From NCBI GenBank assembly GCA_945907425.1, contig CAMDTE010000002.1:8196-72195 (forward strand): 64,000 nt of DNA, in the 5' to 3' direction. The stretch is from Owenweeksia hongkongensis DSM 17368 (GTDB lineage: Bacteria; Bacteroidota; Bacteroidia; Flavobacteriales; Schleiferiaceae). Below the pieces are notes generated by a model, which ran no database searches, was not told where the DNA came from, and saw nothing but the letters and a program-made list of their open reading frames with translations. Below are positions 1 through 9,600 of this stretch, piece after piece. Position 1 is the stretch's first letter. Each line of letters begins with the position of its first letter. The translations under genes were made by a program, and so were the position numbers.

Positions 1-1283
1 ACTATCGGCTTCAACCCGACTGCCGCCATGCCCACGGTACTTCCAATGATAAATGCCTCTTGAATGGGCGTGTTGAAAATCCGGTGGTCTCCAAACTGTT
101 GTGCCAGTGTGGCCGCCTCGCGAAACACGCCGCCCAAGCGTCGGCCCACGTCCTGACCGTAGAGCAAGGCTTCCGGATGGTCTTCCAAAATCTCCCTCAG
201 GGCAAAAAGGGCGCAGTCAACCATCACCGTGGCCTCTTTCCCTGCGGGAGATCGCTCTCCTTTTTCCTCCACAACGGGCGTGGGCGCATAGGCATGCGTG
301 AACAAATCTTCTGGACGGGGATCTTCTGCAGACATTGCGCGGTAATAGTCTACCTCGACCTGCAAAAGCGCCTCCTCTTCTATGGTGCGCAACCGATCTT
401 CTTCAAATCCGTTGTCCAACAAAAACGTCCGAAGTTTGGGAAGGGGATCGCTCTTGGCGTGTTCCTCCAAATCGTCTCGGTACCATTCTTTTCTTACCCC
501 AGAGGTGTGGTGATTCAATAAGGGTACCCGCGCGTGAACAAGGTGCGGTTGACCCGTTTTGCGCATGGTTTCCATGGCGTCGCTCAATGCATGATGGCAT
601 GCACTAAAATCGGATCCATCTATGCTGATAGCCCGAATTCCCTTGAACCCTGCGGCGTACTCTGCTGCGTTTTGAGAACGTGTTTCGGCCGCATTCGCGC
701 TGATGTCCCATCCATTGTCCTGTACCAAAATCAACAAAGGGAATTGCTTCAGTGCCGCCATTTGCAGCGCCTCCGATACTTCTCCCTCTGTCATAGCTGC
801 GTCTCCTATAGAACAGACCACAATAGGGCGCGCCGCTTTCTCTTCTTCTGTAAACAATCCCATGAGTGCCTTGTACTGCAGCCCCATCGCAGCCCCCGCG
901 GCCGGAATGGCTTGCATGCCTGTGGCGCTGGATTGGTGGGGAATCTTCGGCTTGTCTGGATCGTTTAAGCTGGGATGGCAGTAATAGGTTCGGCCACCGG
1001 AAAAAGGATCCTCTCGTTTGGCCAATAATTGCAACATCAAATCATAAGGGGTCAGCCCCATAGACAACAACAGGGCGTCGTCACGGTAATACGGATACAC
1101 AAAATCGTGTGGCGTTAATAGCATGCCGCACGCAATCTGAATCGCTTCGTGCCCTCTGGAGGTGGCGTGCACATACGTTGCCGTTACTTCCTTGTTCGCC
1201 TCAAACAACTCTGTCATGGCCTTGGCCGTGCACAGGGTGCGATAAGCCCGCTGCAATCGGTTTTCTTCTCCTTGTTTCTTCAT
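1..1283 (-). CDS. TPP-dependent 2-oxoacid dehydrogenase E1 component, fused alpha/beta subunits; C-terminal part lies beyond the left window edge
   Basis: Minus-strand frame is open from ATG 1283..1281 to position 3 (427 codons hand-translated, no stop; absent from the ORF track because no stop lies in the window). The start MKKQGEENRLQRAYRTLCTAKAMTELFE...HATSRGHEAIQIACG...VCSIGDAAMTEGEVSEAL looks like E1-alpha. The distal part GQDVGRRLGGVFREAATLAQQFGDHRIFNTPIQEAFIIGSTVGMA looks like an E1-beta N-terminus. ATGA overlap with the upstream gene at 1280-1283. Confidence 0.8.
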   Translation of the reverse strand, partial: MKKQGEENRLQRAYRTLCTAKAMTELFEANKEVTATYVHATSRGHEAIQIACGMLLTPHDFVYPYYRDDALLLSMGLTPYDLMLQLLAKREDPFSGGRTYYCHPSLNDPDKPKIPHQSSATGMQAIPAAGAAMGLQYKALMGLFTEEEKAARPIVVCSIGDAAMTEGEVSEALQMAALKQFPLLILVQDNGWDISANAAETRSQNAAEYAAGFKGIRAISIDGSDFSACHHALSDAMETMRKTGQPHLVHARVPLLNHHTSGVRKEWYRDDLEEHAKSDPLPKLRTFLLDNGFEEDRLRTIEEEALLQVEVDYYRAMSAEDPRPEDLFTHAYAPTPVVEEKGERSPAGKEATVMVDCALFALREILEDHPEALLYGQDVGRRLGGVFREAATLAQQFGDHRIFNTPIQEAFIIGSTVGMAAVGLKPI

Positions 1284-2047
1284 GATTTAAACGCCGAAAT
1301 GGCAGAGCGTGCCTGTTCGCTCAAAACCAAGCGCCCAGAAATACCTGCTCGCTCTATCAGCAACTCATCCCATCCTTCGGTTCCTTTCCAAAAAACTTTC
1401 TTTAGTTCTGCCATCGCCTCTTGGCTCGATTGGGCCAATCGTTGCGCCAATGCGCTCACTTCCGCGTCCAATGCTTCCAGCGTGTCAAAGGTTTGGGCAT
1501 ACAGGCCATGGGTTTTTGCCCATTCTGCACTGCGCCACGAGGTGGCATCGATGGCCAGCTGGCTCATGCCGCTGATTCCTATCTTTCTTTCCACGGCGGG
1601 GCCCACGACAAACGGTCCGATGCCCACTGCCAACTCGCTGAGTTTCACAGAGGCCGATGCGTGCGCCAAACAATAATCTACCGCGGAGGCAAGCCCTACG
1701 CCGCCGCCCACCGCCTTGCCTTGTATGCGGCCAATAATTAGCTTGGGACACCGTCGCATTTCATTGATCACCTGCGCAAACCCGGAAAAAAAGTGGATCC
1801 CTGCGCGCTCATCTGCAATCGATGCCAACTCATCAAAGCTGGCGCCGCCGCAAAACACTCTATCTCCTTCGCTTTTCAAAACTATCACGCGGACACGGGG
1901 ATCTTCTCCCGCTTCTCGAATAGCCTGCGTCAATGCCGCCAAAACCTTGCTGGGCAAAGAGTTACTCAGGGGATGAAAAAAGGAGAGGGTGGCTATTCCG
2001 TCCGTCGTTTGAGACGTGACTCCCCCGGCTTGTAGTGCATCAGACAT
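1280..2047 (-). CDS. enoyl-CoA hydratase/isomerase (crotonase) family protein
   Basis: 255-aa ORF with crotonase-fold regions VIVLKSEGDRVFCGGASFDE and GRIQGKAVGGGVGLASAVDYCLA. Co-directional with paaZ. Confidence 0.85.
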   Translation of the reverse strand: MSDALQAGGVTSQTTDGIATLSFFHPLSNSLPSKVLAALTQAIREAGEDPRVRVIVLKSEGDRVFCGGASFDELASIADERAGIHFFSGFAQVINEMRRCPKLIIGRIQGKAVGGGVGLASAVDYCLAHASASVKLSELAVGIGPFVVGPAVERKIGISGMSQLAIDATSWRSAEWAKTHGLYAQTFDTLEALDAEVSALAQRLAQSSQEAMAELKKVFWKGTEGWDELLIERAGISGRLVLSEQARSAISAFKS

Positions 2048-2051
2048 AGCG

Positions 2052-2059
2052 CAAAGGTA
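2052..2059 (-). promoter_or_regulatory. -7 promoter box TAccTTTG, 4 nt upstream of ATG 2047
   Basis: The minus strand reads G-TACCTTTG-cgct-ATG. Exact match to the Bacteroidota sigma-A -7 consensus TAnnTTTG, in the 24-nt gap after the ABM gene. Confidence 0.45.
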
Positions 2060-2071
2060 CTGCTGTGCGCA

Positions 2072-2407
2072 TTAGGGCGCGACCCGTCTAAAAACAGTGG
2101 CGTGGGCAATAACAGACACCACGGAGCGGTAAGCATCATACCACACGGCATGTCCTTTTTCTTTGGCCTCTAGGTGTAAGGGGTGTTTGCTCCATCGACC
2201 CACGGCCTCCATGTCTTCCCAATACGAAAGGAAAATCGCGTGGTTTCCATTGCGTACATATTCGTACCCCAAAAACCCGGGAAGGGACTCCGCCACCTCC
2301 ATCGTAGCCTTGTCCATGGCGTCGTAGTCTGGCATGTTCAGTTCTCTTTCGCTTGCAAACAAAACGGCCACGTTGCCCGGCTTCAGGCTAATGTCTTCCT
2401 TTATCAT
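2072..2407 (-). CDS. antibiotic-biosynthesis-monooxygenase (ABM)-like small protein
   Basis: Track ORF 2072..2614 overlaps paaZ. The internal ATG at 2407 gives 111 aa (MIKEDISLKPGNVAVLFAS...LSYWEDMEAVGRWSKHPLHLEAKEKG) and forms an ATGA overlap with the paaZ stop (2404-2407). Confidence 0.6.
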   Translation of the reverse strand: MIKEDISLKPGNVAVLFASERELNMPDYDAMDKATMEVAESLPGFLGYEYVRNGNHAIFLSYWEDMEAVGRWSKHPLHLEAKEKGHAVWYDAYRSVVSVIAHATVFRRVAP

Positions 2408-4470
2408 TCCGCGTGTTGATTTTTCTTTTTCACCATCGTTAAAATGACAGCAACAGCTACCACTTCGTCGGTATCGTCGTACACTTCCACGTAGAACTTC
2501 ACAATTCCCTTGGAAATATCTTCTGGCGATCGTTTTTCTTGATCGATTTTCTCTTGCACCGTAAATCGAACGCCGATGGTGGTTCCGGGATATACGGGCT
2601 TGGTAAATCGGCAAAATTCAATGCCGTAATTCAACAAAACAGGGCCTTTGGGCGGATCCACAAACAATCCGGCCGCCCGACTCAAAATAAAATACCCGTG
2701 GGCGACTCTTCCGGTAAAGATGGTTCCTTCAAGAGCCGATTCATCCATGTGGGCATAAAATCTATCTCCGCTGAGTTCGGCAAACTCTTCAATATCCTGC
2801 AGCGTCACCCGGTGTTTCTCTGTGGTCACCGTATCGCCAATGCGCAGCTCTTCAAAATACTGACGGAACAAATGCGGATTGGCCTCGGGCCTGTCTGCGC
2901 CGGGAATAAATCGTCCAGTTAGACTTTGGATCGCGTTGGGGTGGCCCTGAATGGCTACTCGGTGCAAATAATGCAAGACGCCGCGCTTTCCGCCCATTTC
3001 CTCTCCGTTTCCAGCACGCCCCGGCCCTCCGTGGGTCATCAACGGCAGTGGAGATCCATGCCCGGTACTCTCTTTGGCACTGCTTTCGTCCAAAATCAAT
3101 ATTCGACCATTGCTGTGTGCCGCCTCGAGGGCAAACTGGGCTGCATGAGCCTGATGGGCCCCCACATAGGTCGTTACCAACGATCCGCGGCCCAAGGCGA
3201 CAATTGCCGCGGCTTCTTCTATCTCGTCGTAAGCCATCAGCGTGCTCACCGGTCCAAACGCCTCAATGCTATGGGCGGCTGTCTGTTTCATCGGTTGATC
3301 GCAGCGAAACAAAACGGGCGCAAAGTACGCGCCTGCTTCTGGGGCATCTGCCACGACTACTCCTTTCCCGCTCGTCTCTCCCATCACCAGGGGCATCTCT
3401 TGTGCCAGCGCTTCCACTGCCGAGCGAACACGCTCCACCTGCAAATGTGTAGCCAGCGGCCCCATGCGAACGCCTTCTTTTGCGGGGTCACCGTACGGCG
3501 TGGAGCGCAGTCGAGCCATCAGCGCCTCTTGCACCGCGTCCATTGTCCCTCTGGGGGCTAAAATCCTGCGAACGGCTGTACATTTTTGGCCTGTCTTGCT
3601 CGTAATCTCTTTGGCTGCTTCTTTTATAAAGAGTGCAAATTCAGGAGTGTCGGGGGTCGCTTCGGGGCCTAAAACCATGGCATTCAAAGAGTCCGCCTCC
3701 AAATTGAATGGCACGCCGCGCTCGTCGAACAAAGGCATCGACTTGAGTCGCAACCCTGTGGCGCTAGACCCAGTAAAGGTCACCACATCGCCCTCTTGCA
3801 CGGCACTCAACAAGCCCTCTCCTTTTCCAATCAACAACTGCAACGCTCCTTCCGGCAAAATGCACGAAGCAATGATGTCCCTCACCACCGCCTCTGTTAA
3901 AAAACTTGTAAATTCTGAGGGTTTCACCACCGCCGGGACTCCGGCCAATAGATTTACCGCGATTTTCTCTAGCATTCCCCAAATCGGAAAATTGAACGCG
4001 TTGATGTGCACGGCCACTCCTTTTTTGGGCAGCATGATGTGGTGCCCCACAAAAGACCCCTTTTGGCTCAGCTTTACGACATCGCCGTCTATATGGTACG
4101 GCAAATCGGCAAATTCCCTTCGCAAAGAGGCGTTAGCAAATAGATTTCCTATCCCTCCTTCGATATCGATCCAGCTGTCTGCCCGAGTAGCTCCCGTAGC
4201 AGCTGACACAGCATAATAGTGTTCCTTTCTCTCCGATAAATAAAACGCTAAGGCCTTCAACATGCGTCCGCGCTCCGGAAAGGTCATTCGCCTCAAGGGC
4301 GGCCCTCCCTGCGTTCGTCCATAGGCCAAAACCGATTCAAAATCCACTCCGGCGCTGGATACAGAGCCTAAAAACAATCCGCTCCGCGCATCCCTAGCTT
4401 CCCATTCCGAGCCTTCTCCGGAAATCCATCGGCCCAAAATGTAGTTCTCAAAGACTTTGCTCGGGTTCAT
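2404..4470 (-). CDS. paaZ: PaaZ-type bifunctional aldehyde dehydrogenase / MaoC-like hydratase
   Basis: 688 aa. Aldehyde-dehydrogenase part has VVTFTGSSATG, NLEADSLN and GQKCTAVRR (catalytic Cys region). It is fused to a C-terminal hot-dog/MaoC part (GDRFYAHMDESALEGTIFTGRVAHGYF). Confidence 0.8.
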   Translation of the reverse strand: MNPSKVFENYILGRWISGEGSEWEARDARSGLFLGSVSSAGVDFESVLAYGRTQGGPPLRRMTFPERGRMLKALAFYLSERKEHYYAVSAATGATRADSWIDIEGGIGNLFANASLRREFADLPYHIDGDVVKLSQKGSFVGHHIMLPKKGVAVHINAFNFPIWGMLEKIAVNLLAGVPAVVKPSEFTSFLTEAVVRDIIASCILPEGALQLLIGKGEGLLSAVQEGDVVTFTGSSATGLRLKSMPLFDERGVPFNLEADSLNAMVLGPEATPDTPEFALFIKEAAKEITSKTGQKCTAVRRILAPRGTMDAVQEALMARLRSTPYGDPAKEGVRMGPLATHLQVERVRSAVEALAQEMPLVMGETSGKGVVVADAPEAGAYFAPVLFRCDQPMKQTAAHSIEAFGPVSTLMAYDEIEEAAAIVALGRGSLVTTYVGAHQAHAAQFALEAAHSNGRILILDESSAKESTGHGSPLPLMTHGGPGRAGNGEEMGGKRGVLHYLHRVAIQGHPNAIQSLTGRFIPGADRPEANPHLFRQYFEELRIGDTVTTEKHRVTLQDIEEFAELSGDRFYAHMDESALEGTIFTGRVAHGYFILSRAAGLFVDPPKGPVLLNYGIEFCRFTKPVYPGTTIGVRFTVQEKIDQEKRSPEDISKGIVKFYVEVYDDTDEVVAVAVILTMVKKKNQHAE

Positions 4471-6608
4471 TTTTTTGGCAATTTTTTAATCCCCATGTGC
4501 CAAAATGCAAAAGAAAACTTATCGATGGCTTCTTCAATGACCATGGCTGTGGGTTTACCTGCGCCGTGTCCGGCCTTGGTTTCCACACGAATCACTACGG
4601 GAGCGGAACATCCTTGTTTGTCTTGCAATTCCGCAGCAAACTTAAACGAATGAGCGGGAACAACTCGGTCGTCGTGGTCCGCGGTGGTTACCATTGTCGC
4701 TGGGTAACACGTTCCTTTGCGCACATTGTGCACCGGGCTGTACCCCAAGAGGTAGGTAAACATTTCTTGGCTCTGTTCTGCAGTGCCGTAGTCATAAGCC
4801 CAGCCAGCGCCCGCCGTAAAGGTGTGGTAGCGCAACATATCCAAAACGCCAACTGCCGGGAAAGCCACTTTCGCCAACTCCGGGCGTTGCGTCATCACCG
4901 CGCCCACGAGCAAGCCCCCATTGGATCCTCCGCTAAGCGCCAAATATTTAGACGAGGTGATTTTTTGAGCGAACAGATACTCTGCCGCAGCAATAAAATC
5001 ATCAAATACATTTTGTTTTTGCCTCTGGGTTCCTGCTATATGCCACGCCTCCCCGTATTCCCCGCCTCCGCGTAGGTTCGGAATAGCCAAAACTCCTCCA
5101 TTCTCTAACCAAACAACATACGAAGTACTAAACGCCGGGGTCAAATTCACTCCAAAACCACCGTAACCATACAGAATAGTAGGGTTTTTCTTGTTGTACT
5201 TCAATCCCTTTTTGTGTGTAATCATCATCGGAATCCTGGTGCCGTCCTTGCTTGTATAAAATACTTGCCGCGTCTCGTACAAAGACGGATCAAAATCAAT
5301 GGCGCTCTGGCGATATAGTTCTACCCTGTTTGATCTAGGCTCAAGGGTATAAATCGTCGATGGTTGTATTGCATTAGTAAAGTTGAAATAGAGCACCCCG
5401 GCATTCCATTTTCCAGAGGGCGCGGTAATTGTTCCCAGTCCGGGCAAGGGCAATTGCTCTTCCGAAATCAGGCCAGGTCCGTCTAATCTCAATTTATCTA
5501 CAACCGACAAGGCATCTTTCAATCCATTGACGAAAAAATGTCCGGCCCCTGTAGAAATAGTGATCGGATACTCTCTTTGGGTGATGGCGTCCATCCATGC
5601 TTCGCTCGTCAAGTTGTCCGTTGGGCACACCACTAACTTGCCATTAGGCGCATCTTTAGTGGTGTAAAAATATACCCACTGATCATCGGCATGTACTATC
5701 CCATTGTCAAAATCAAATCCAATAATTACGGGCGTCAATTTTGAACCTTTTGCTGTGAGGTCTTGAATATATAATTCGTTCCCCGTAGTGCTCACTGCGG
5801 CCGTAACAACTAAAAAGCGACCATTCTCCGTTACAGAGGCTCCTATGTATCGCCTTGGGGTTTCTGATCCTCCAAAAATTAATTCGTCTTGACTTTGGGG
5901 AGTTCCCAATTTATGAAAGTACAGTTTGTGCTCGCTGGTCTTTCTACTCAAGGCGGAGCCAGACTTGGGTTTATCATAGGAGGAATAATAAAATCCGGAT
6001 TGGCCTTTCCATGCCAGTCCGCTGAATTTAACATCTTTCAATGTATCCCCGACCGGAAGGGCCGAGTTTTCTGTCCGAATGACTAATACTTTTCTCCAGT
6101 CACTACCCCCCTCGCTCAACTGATAGGCGGCTAAACTACCATCGGGACTAAATTCAATCCCCGCCAAAGATGTTGTACCGTCTTTGCTGAATTTATTTGG
6201 ATCCAGAAAGGGTGTCGCAATGGGGTCAAATTTCCCCGAATAACCCGCCTTTGTCTGTATCAATACGGATTGATTTTGCAGCCCCGAATTGTAGTAGAAA
6301 TATTGATAATCGCCTTCGATAAAAGGTGCGGATATCTTTTCATGATTCCAAACGGAGGTCAAGCGATTCCTTAATTCATTTCTATAGGGGATTGGCGCAA
6401 GTGCCTTTTGAGTAGTTTTATTCTGAGCCTCTACCCACCGCGCCGTCTCGGCACTTTTATCGTCTTCTAACCAACGGAACGGGTCAGCAACTGTAGTACC
6501 AAAATAGATGTCGGAAACTAGTCCTTTTTCGGTTTTTGGGTATGCTAACGGCTGCGCCAGTGTGGTTACAGAAAGCGCCATATAGAGAAGTGTTTGTTGT
6601 GTTTTCAT
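4467..6608 (-). CDS. prolyl oligopeptidase (S9A serine peptidase), secreted
   Basis: Catalytic-triad contexts LSGGSNGGLLVGAVM (Ser), TTADHDDRVVP (Asp) and KAGHGAGKP (His). N-terminal beta-propeller region. Signal peptide MKTQQTLLYMALSVTTLAQP from ATG 6608; the track start 6668 would extend through the upstream terminator hairpin. Stop overlaps the paaZ start (ATGA 4467-4470). Confidence 0.85.
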   Translation of the reverse strand: MKTQQTLLYMALSVTTLAQPLAYPKTEKGLVSDIYFGTTVADPFRWLEDDKSAETARWVEAQNKTTQKALAPIPYRNELRNRLTSVWNHEKISAPFIEGDYQYFYYNSGLQNQSVLIQTKAGYSGKFDPIATPFLDPNKFSKDGTTSLAGIEFSPDGSLAAYQLSEGGSDWRKVLVIRTENSALPVGDTLKDVKFSGLAWKGQSGFYYSSYDKPKSGSALSRKTSEHKLYFHKLGTPQSQDELIFGGSETPRRYIGASVTENGRFLVVTAAVSTTGNELYIQDLTAKGSKLTPVIIGFDFDNGIVHADDQWVYFYTTKDAPNGKLVVCPTDNLTSEAWMDAITQREYPITISTGAGHFFVNGLKDALSVVDKLRLDGPGLISEEQLPLPGLGTITAPSGKWNAGVLYFNFTNAIQPSTIYTLEPRSNRVELYRQSAIDFDPSLYETRQVFYTSKDGTRIPMMITHKKGLKYNKKNPTILYGYGGFGVNLTPAFSTSYVVWLENGGVLAIPNLRGGGEYGEAWHIAGTQRQKQNVFDDFIAAAEYLFAQKITSSKYLALSGGSNGGLLVGAVMTQRPELAKVAFPAVGVLDMLRYHTFTAGAGWAYDYGTAEQSQEMFTYLLGYSPVHNVRKGTCYPATMVTTADHDDRVVPAHSFKFAAELQDKQGCSAPVVIRVETKAGHGAGKPTAMVIEEAIDKFSFAFWHMGIKKLPKK

Positions 6609-6612
6609 CCGC

Positions 6613-6620
6613 CTAAGGTA
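6613..6620 (-). promoter_or_regulatory. near-consensus -7 box TAccTTAG, 4 nt upstream of ATG 6608
   Basis: The minus strand reads TACCTTAG-gcgg-ATG, immediately downstream of the terminator hairpin. One mismatch to TAnnTTTG. Confidence 0.35.
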
Positions 6621-6624
6621 AGGC

Positions 6625-6657
6625 CAAAAAAAAGACCGCCCCTCTCGGGGCGGTCTT
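6625..6657 (-). terminator. rho-independent terminator after the 1747-aa T9SS gene
   Basis: 10-bp GC-rich stem AGACCGCCCC/GGGGCGGTCT (6633-6642 / 6647-6656) with a 4-nt loop, followed on the minus strand by a run of 8 T (A-run 6626-6633 on plus). Confidence 0.85.
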
Positions 6658-6679
6658 TCTTTCTCCACTTGTCAGACGC

Positions 6680-9600
6680 TTAGCGCTGAACCGCTACGCG
6701 GAGCGTAGAAGATCCTGCATCTGTCGTCATGCGTACAAAGTAAACACCTTCTGCGTAGTTGCTAGCCTCTAGACGCAAAGTCGCGTCGCCGTCTACCCAT
6801 TCTGCTGTTTCGATGACTTGACCCTGCACGTTCATCACGGTGATCGCTACGTTGCCAGAAGCAATGCCGCGCTCAATCGTGAATGCGCCAGTGGTTGGGT
6901 TAGGGAATACAGAAACCATTCCCATTTGCTCGTCTACGTTCATGCCGCAGATTACGCAACGTCCAAAACAAACCGTGTCTTGTGCGATGTCCGCTACAGC
7001 TACCGCAACGCTGCGGTTGTAGTTTCCGCCGCCATCATTCACAACGCAACTTCCATCATTGGCATCCAAGCTTTCCACGCCGGAAGCCCATGAGTTACCG
7101 TTGATGAATTTGTAGTTGGCTGTCGTGTTGATAGGCACCTGAACAGTGGCCTCGAACACATTGTCGCCGTTAGCGTCCGTCAAGGCTGTTGCGCCAGGGT
7201 TCCATCCTTGGAAGTTACCTGCCACGTGTACCCCGTCTGCGCTAATAGGCAATTCGCGGTTCATATCTACAACCAATGTTACGTCAACAGTACAGTTTGT
7301 ACATTGAGCAAAACATACCACATCTAAAGAGTCGTCAACGAAGGTGGCAGAGTAGCCACGGTTCCATGATCCGCTCACACGACAAGCCGTTGGAACAGAT
7401 TCATCAGCTCCCCATGCGTTACCGTTGATGTACTTGAACTCAAGGTTCATTCCAGAAGGAACAGAAACGGTTACCTCATAGATGCTGTCACCGTTGGCGT
7501 CTGTCATCGCAGTTGCGCCAGGGTTCCATCCTTGGAAGTTGCCTGCAATATGAACCCCGTTGCTGTTGACTGCTACTTTGCTCATGTTTACTTGGAAGGT
7601 AACGTTCGCGCTACAGTCAGAACACTCGGCAAAACATACTGTAGCTGCAGTGTCTGCAGCGCTAGTAATAGAATCACCGCGGTTCCAAGAGTTCTTGTAG
7701 CGACAGCTCGTAGGCACAGACTCGTCTACACCCCATGCGGTTCCGTTGATAAACTTGTACTCAATTTCAGCGCCCATTGTGGTATTGATAGTGTACTCGT
7801 ATACTCCGTCACCGTTGGCGTCTGTCATCGCTGTGGTCGCTGGGTTCCACCCTTGGAAGTTGCCTGCTATGTGAACTCCATTCGTGCTTACTGTTTGCTG
7901 ATTCATATTCACTCTAACTAAGTAAGTAGCTGGCTGAACGCACGCCATGTTGAATACGGCAGAGTCATACGATGGGATGTTGGCCGTTGCGCCACCTGGG
8001 TCATTTACAAAAGCCCCTGTGCCGGATTTGATCAACACATCGCCCCATAAACACAACTTATCAACAGTATATCCACCAATGTTTGTGCCATCAGTCAGAC
8101 CATCACCATAAGAATCAGTGAATCGGAATTCATAGGTACCGTTCAATGGTAGAGATACGGTGTCGATATGGGTAGCTGCAGCAACGTTGTAAGGGGTAAT
8201 GTCAGCCCATGGTCCACGCGCAGCATACGTAAGCTTGTTTACGTTGCCTTTGATTTTCCAAGAAGCTTCTGTTCCGTAGATATCCGTGATAGCCTGAACG
8301 CGAACCTTTCCAGTTTGTGATTGAGTACCCAGGATTTTGAAGTTGTCAATAGCCCAATACCATCCCCAAGTATTGCCGTCGTATAATCTGAAACGAACCT
8401 GAAGATCATTGCTCTGATAGTTCGTAATGTTGTACGTTTTGCTAACTGGAGCAGCCCATGCGCCACTAGTGGCTGTCATGGAGTCTAACTTCGTCCAGCC
8501 CATAACACCACTGGCGTTTGGAGCATACAATTCAACATATCCTTTTTGCCCAGTATAGTGAAAATAGTACTGGTCAAATTTCAACTTCAAAGTATCATAG
8601 CCCAAACCAGCAAAAACTGGAGAAATTAGACTTGAGTTGGTGTTTACGGTTGATCCAGCCCCGTCATCGTCTATAAAAGCAAACTTAGAGCCATTCAATG
8701 AACTCGCTGTGCCGTACGAAGCAACTACATTCCACGCAGCACCTATGGTAGCTTTCGTCCAGTTACAAGGCAGTCCGGCGTTGAAGTTAACGGTGTAAGG
8801 TAAAGCCGTAGAAGGAATACCTGCGTACGTTACATGTGCAACAGATGGGTTGCCAACACAAGCCTTTGATACTTTATAGTTGAATAGATAGTAAACACGA
8901 AGATTGCTGCCGGTAGCTCCATATTGAACTGAGTCAATGGATCCTACGGTTCCCAATGCAAAGGGGTATGTCTGTCCTGTTGGAAGTGCGGTAGAGCGGA
9001 ACAGTTTTCCAGTTGTTCCAACATTGAACTTTAGGTTCAAATAGTACGAACCGGCTGGAATTGTCATGCCCACATAAACGCGCTTCATTTCACCCGTTGC
9101 CGTAGCTGAAGTTACAGAAATGGGATTCGACAGATAAATCTCAGCGCCTGTATTCGCTGTTTTTGTTCCGGCCTTTGCAGACAATCGCACTTGGAAATTA
9201 ACAGTTCCAAGATCCGCTTTCACGGTTACGGAGTCTAGGAAAACCGCTTGATTAAAGGTTACCCACGTACCATTGGTAAAGTTTCCGAACCCTCCAACAG
9301 GATTAGCAAGTGTTCCAGCCGGTCCTCCAGAAATAGCAGCAGCAGAGTTATCGCGAACTACAAATCGAGGTAAGAATATTGCATTAGCAGATAATACCGG
9401 CGTATTGTACGTGTTTCCAAATCCAGATAATTCGTTGGTTCCGTCATACCATAAAACTGCTTGACCTGTAGTGCCGCCAGTGGCGGTTAAGACAACGGAT
9501 TGAGGTCCGCAGGTAACTACAGTAGCAACGGCTGGCACATTCGTTATAGGACATGTAGGGGGCGCTACAAATGCGCTCACATTGAAGTTGTCCACGAAAA

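Noticed and set aside
60-1063. Several plus-strand ORFs of 65-153 aa from the track (60..521, 335..607, 534..968, 703..984 and others)
   Set aside because: They lie antisense to, and are fully covered by, a continuous minus-strand frame with clear 2-oxoacid dehydrogenase E1 alpha/beta motifs. Their translations are R/C/G/P-rich with no recognisable motifs.
2408-2614. N-terminal extension of the ABM-like ORF (track start 2614)
   Set aside because: The extension overlaps the paaZ coding frame by 211 nt and is R/S/C-rich. The internal ATG at 2407 forms the recurrent ATGA coupling signal.
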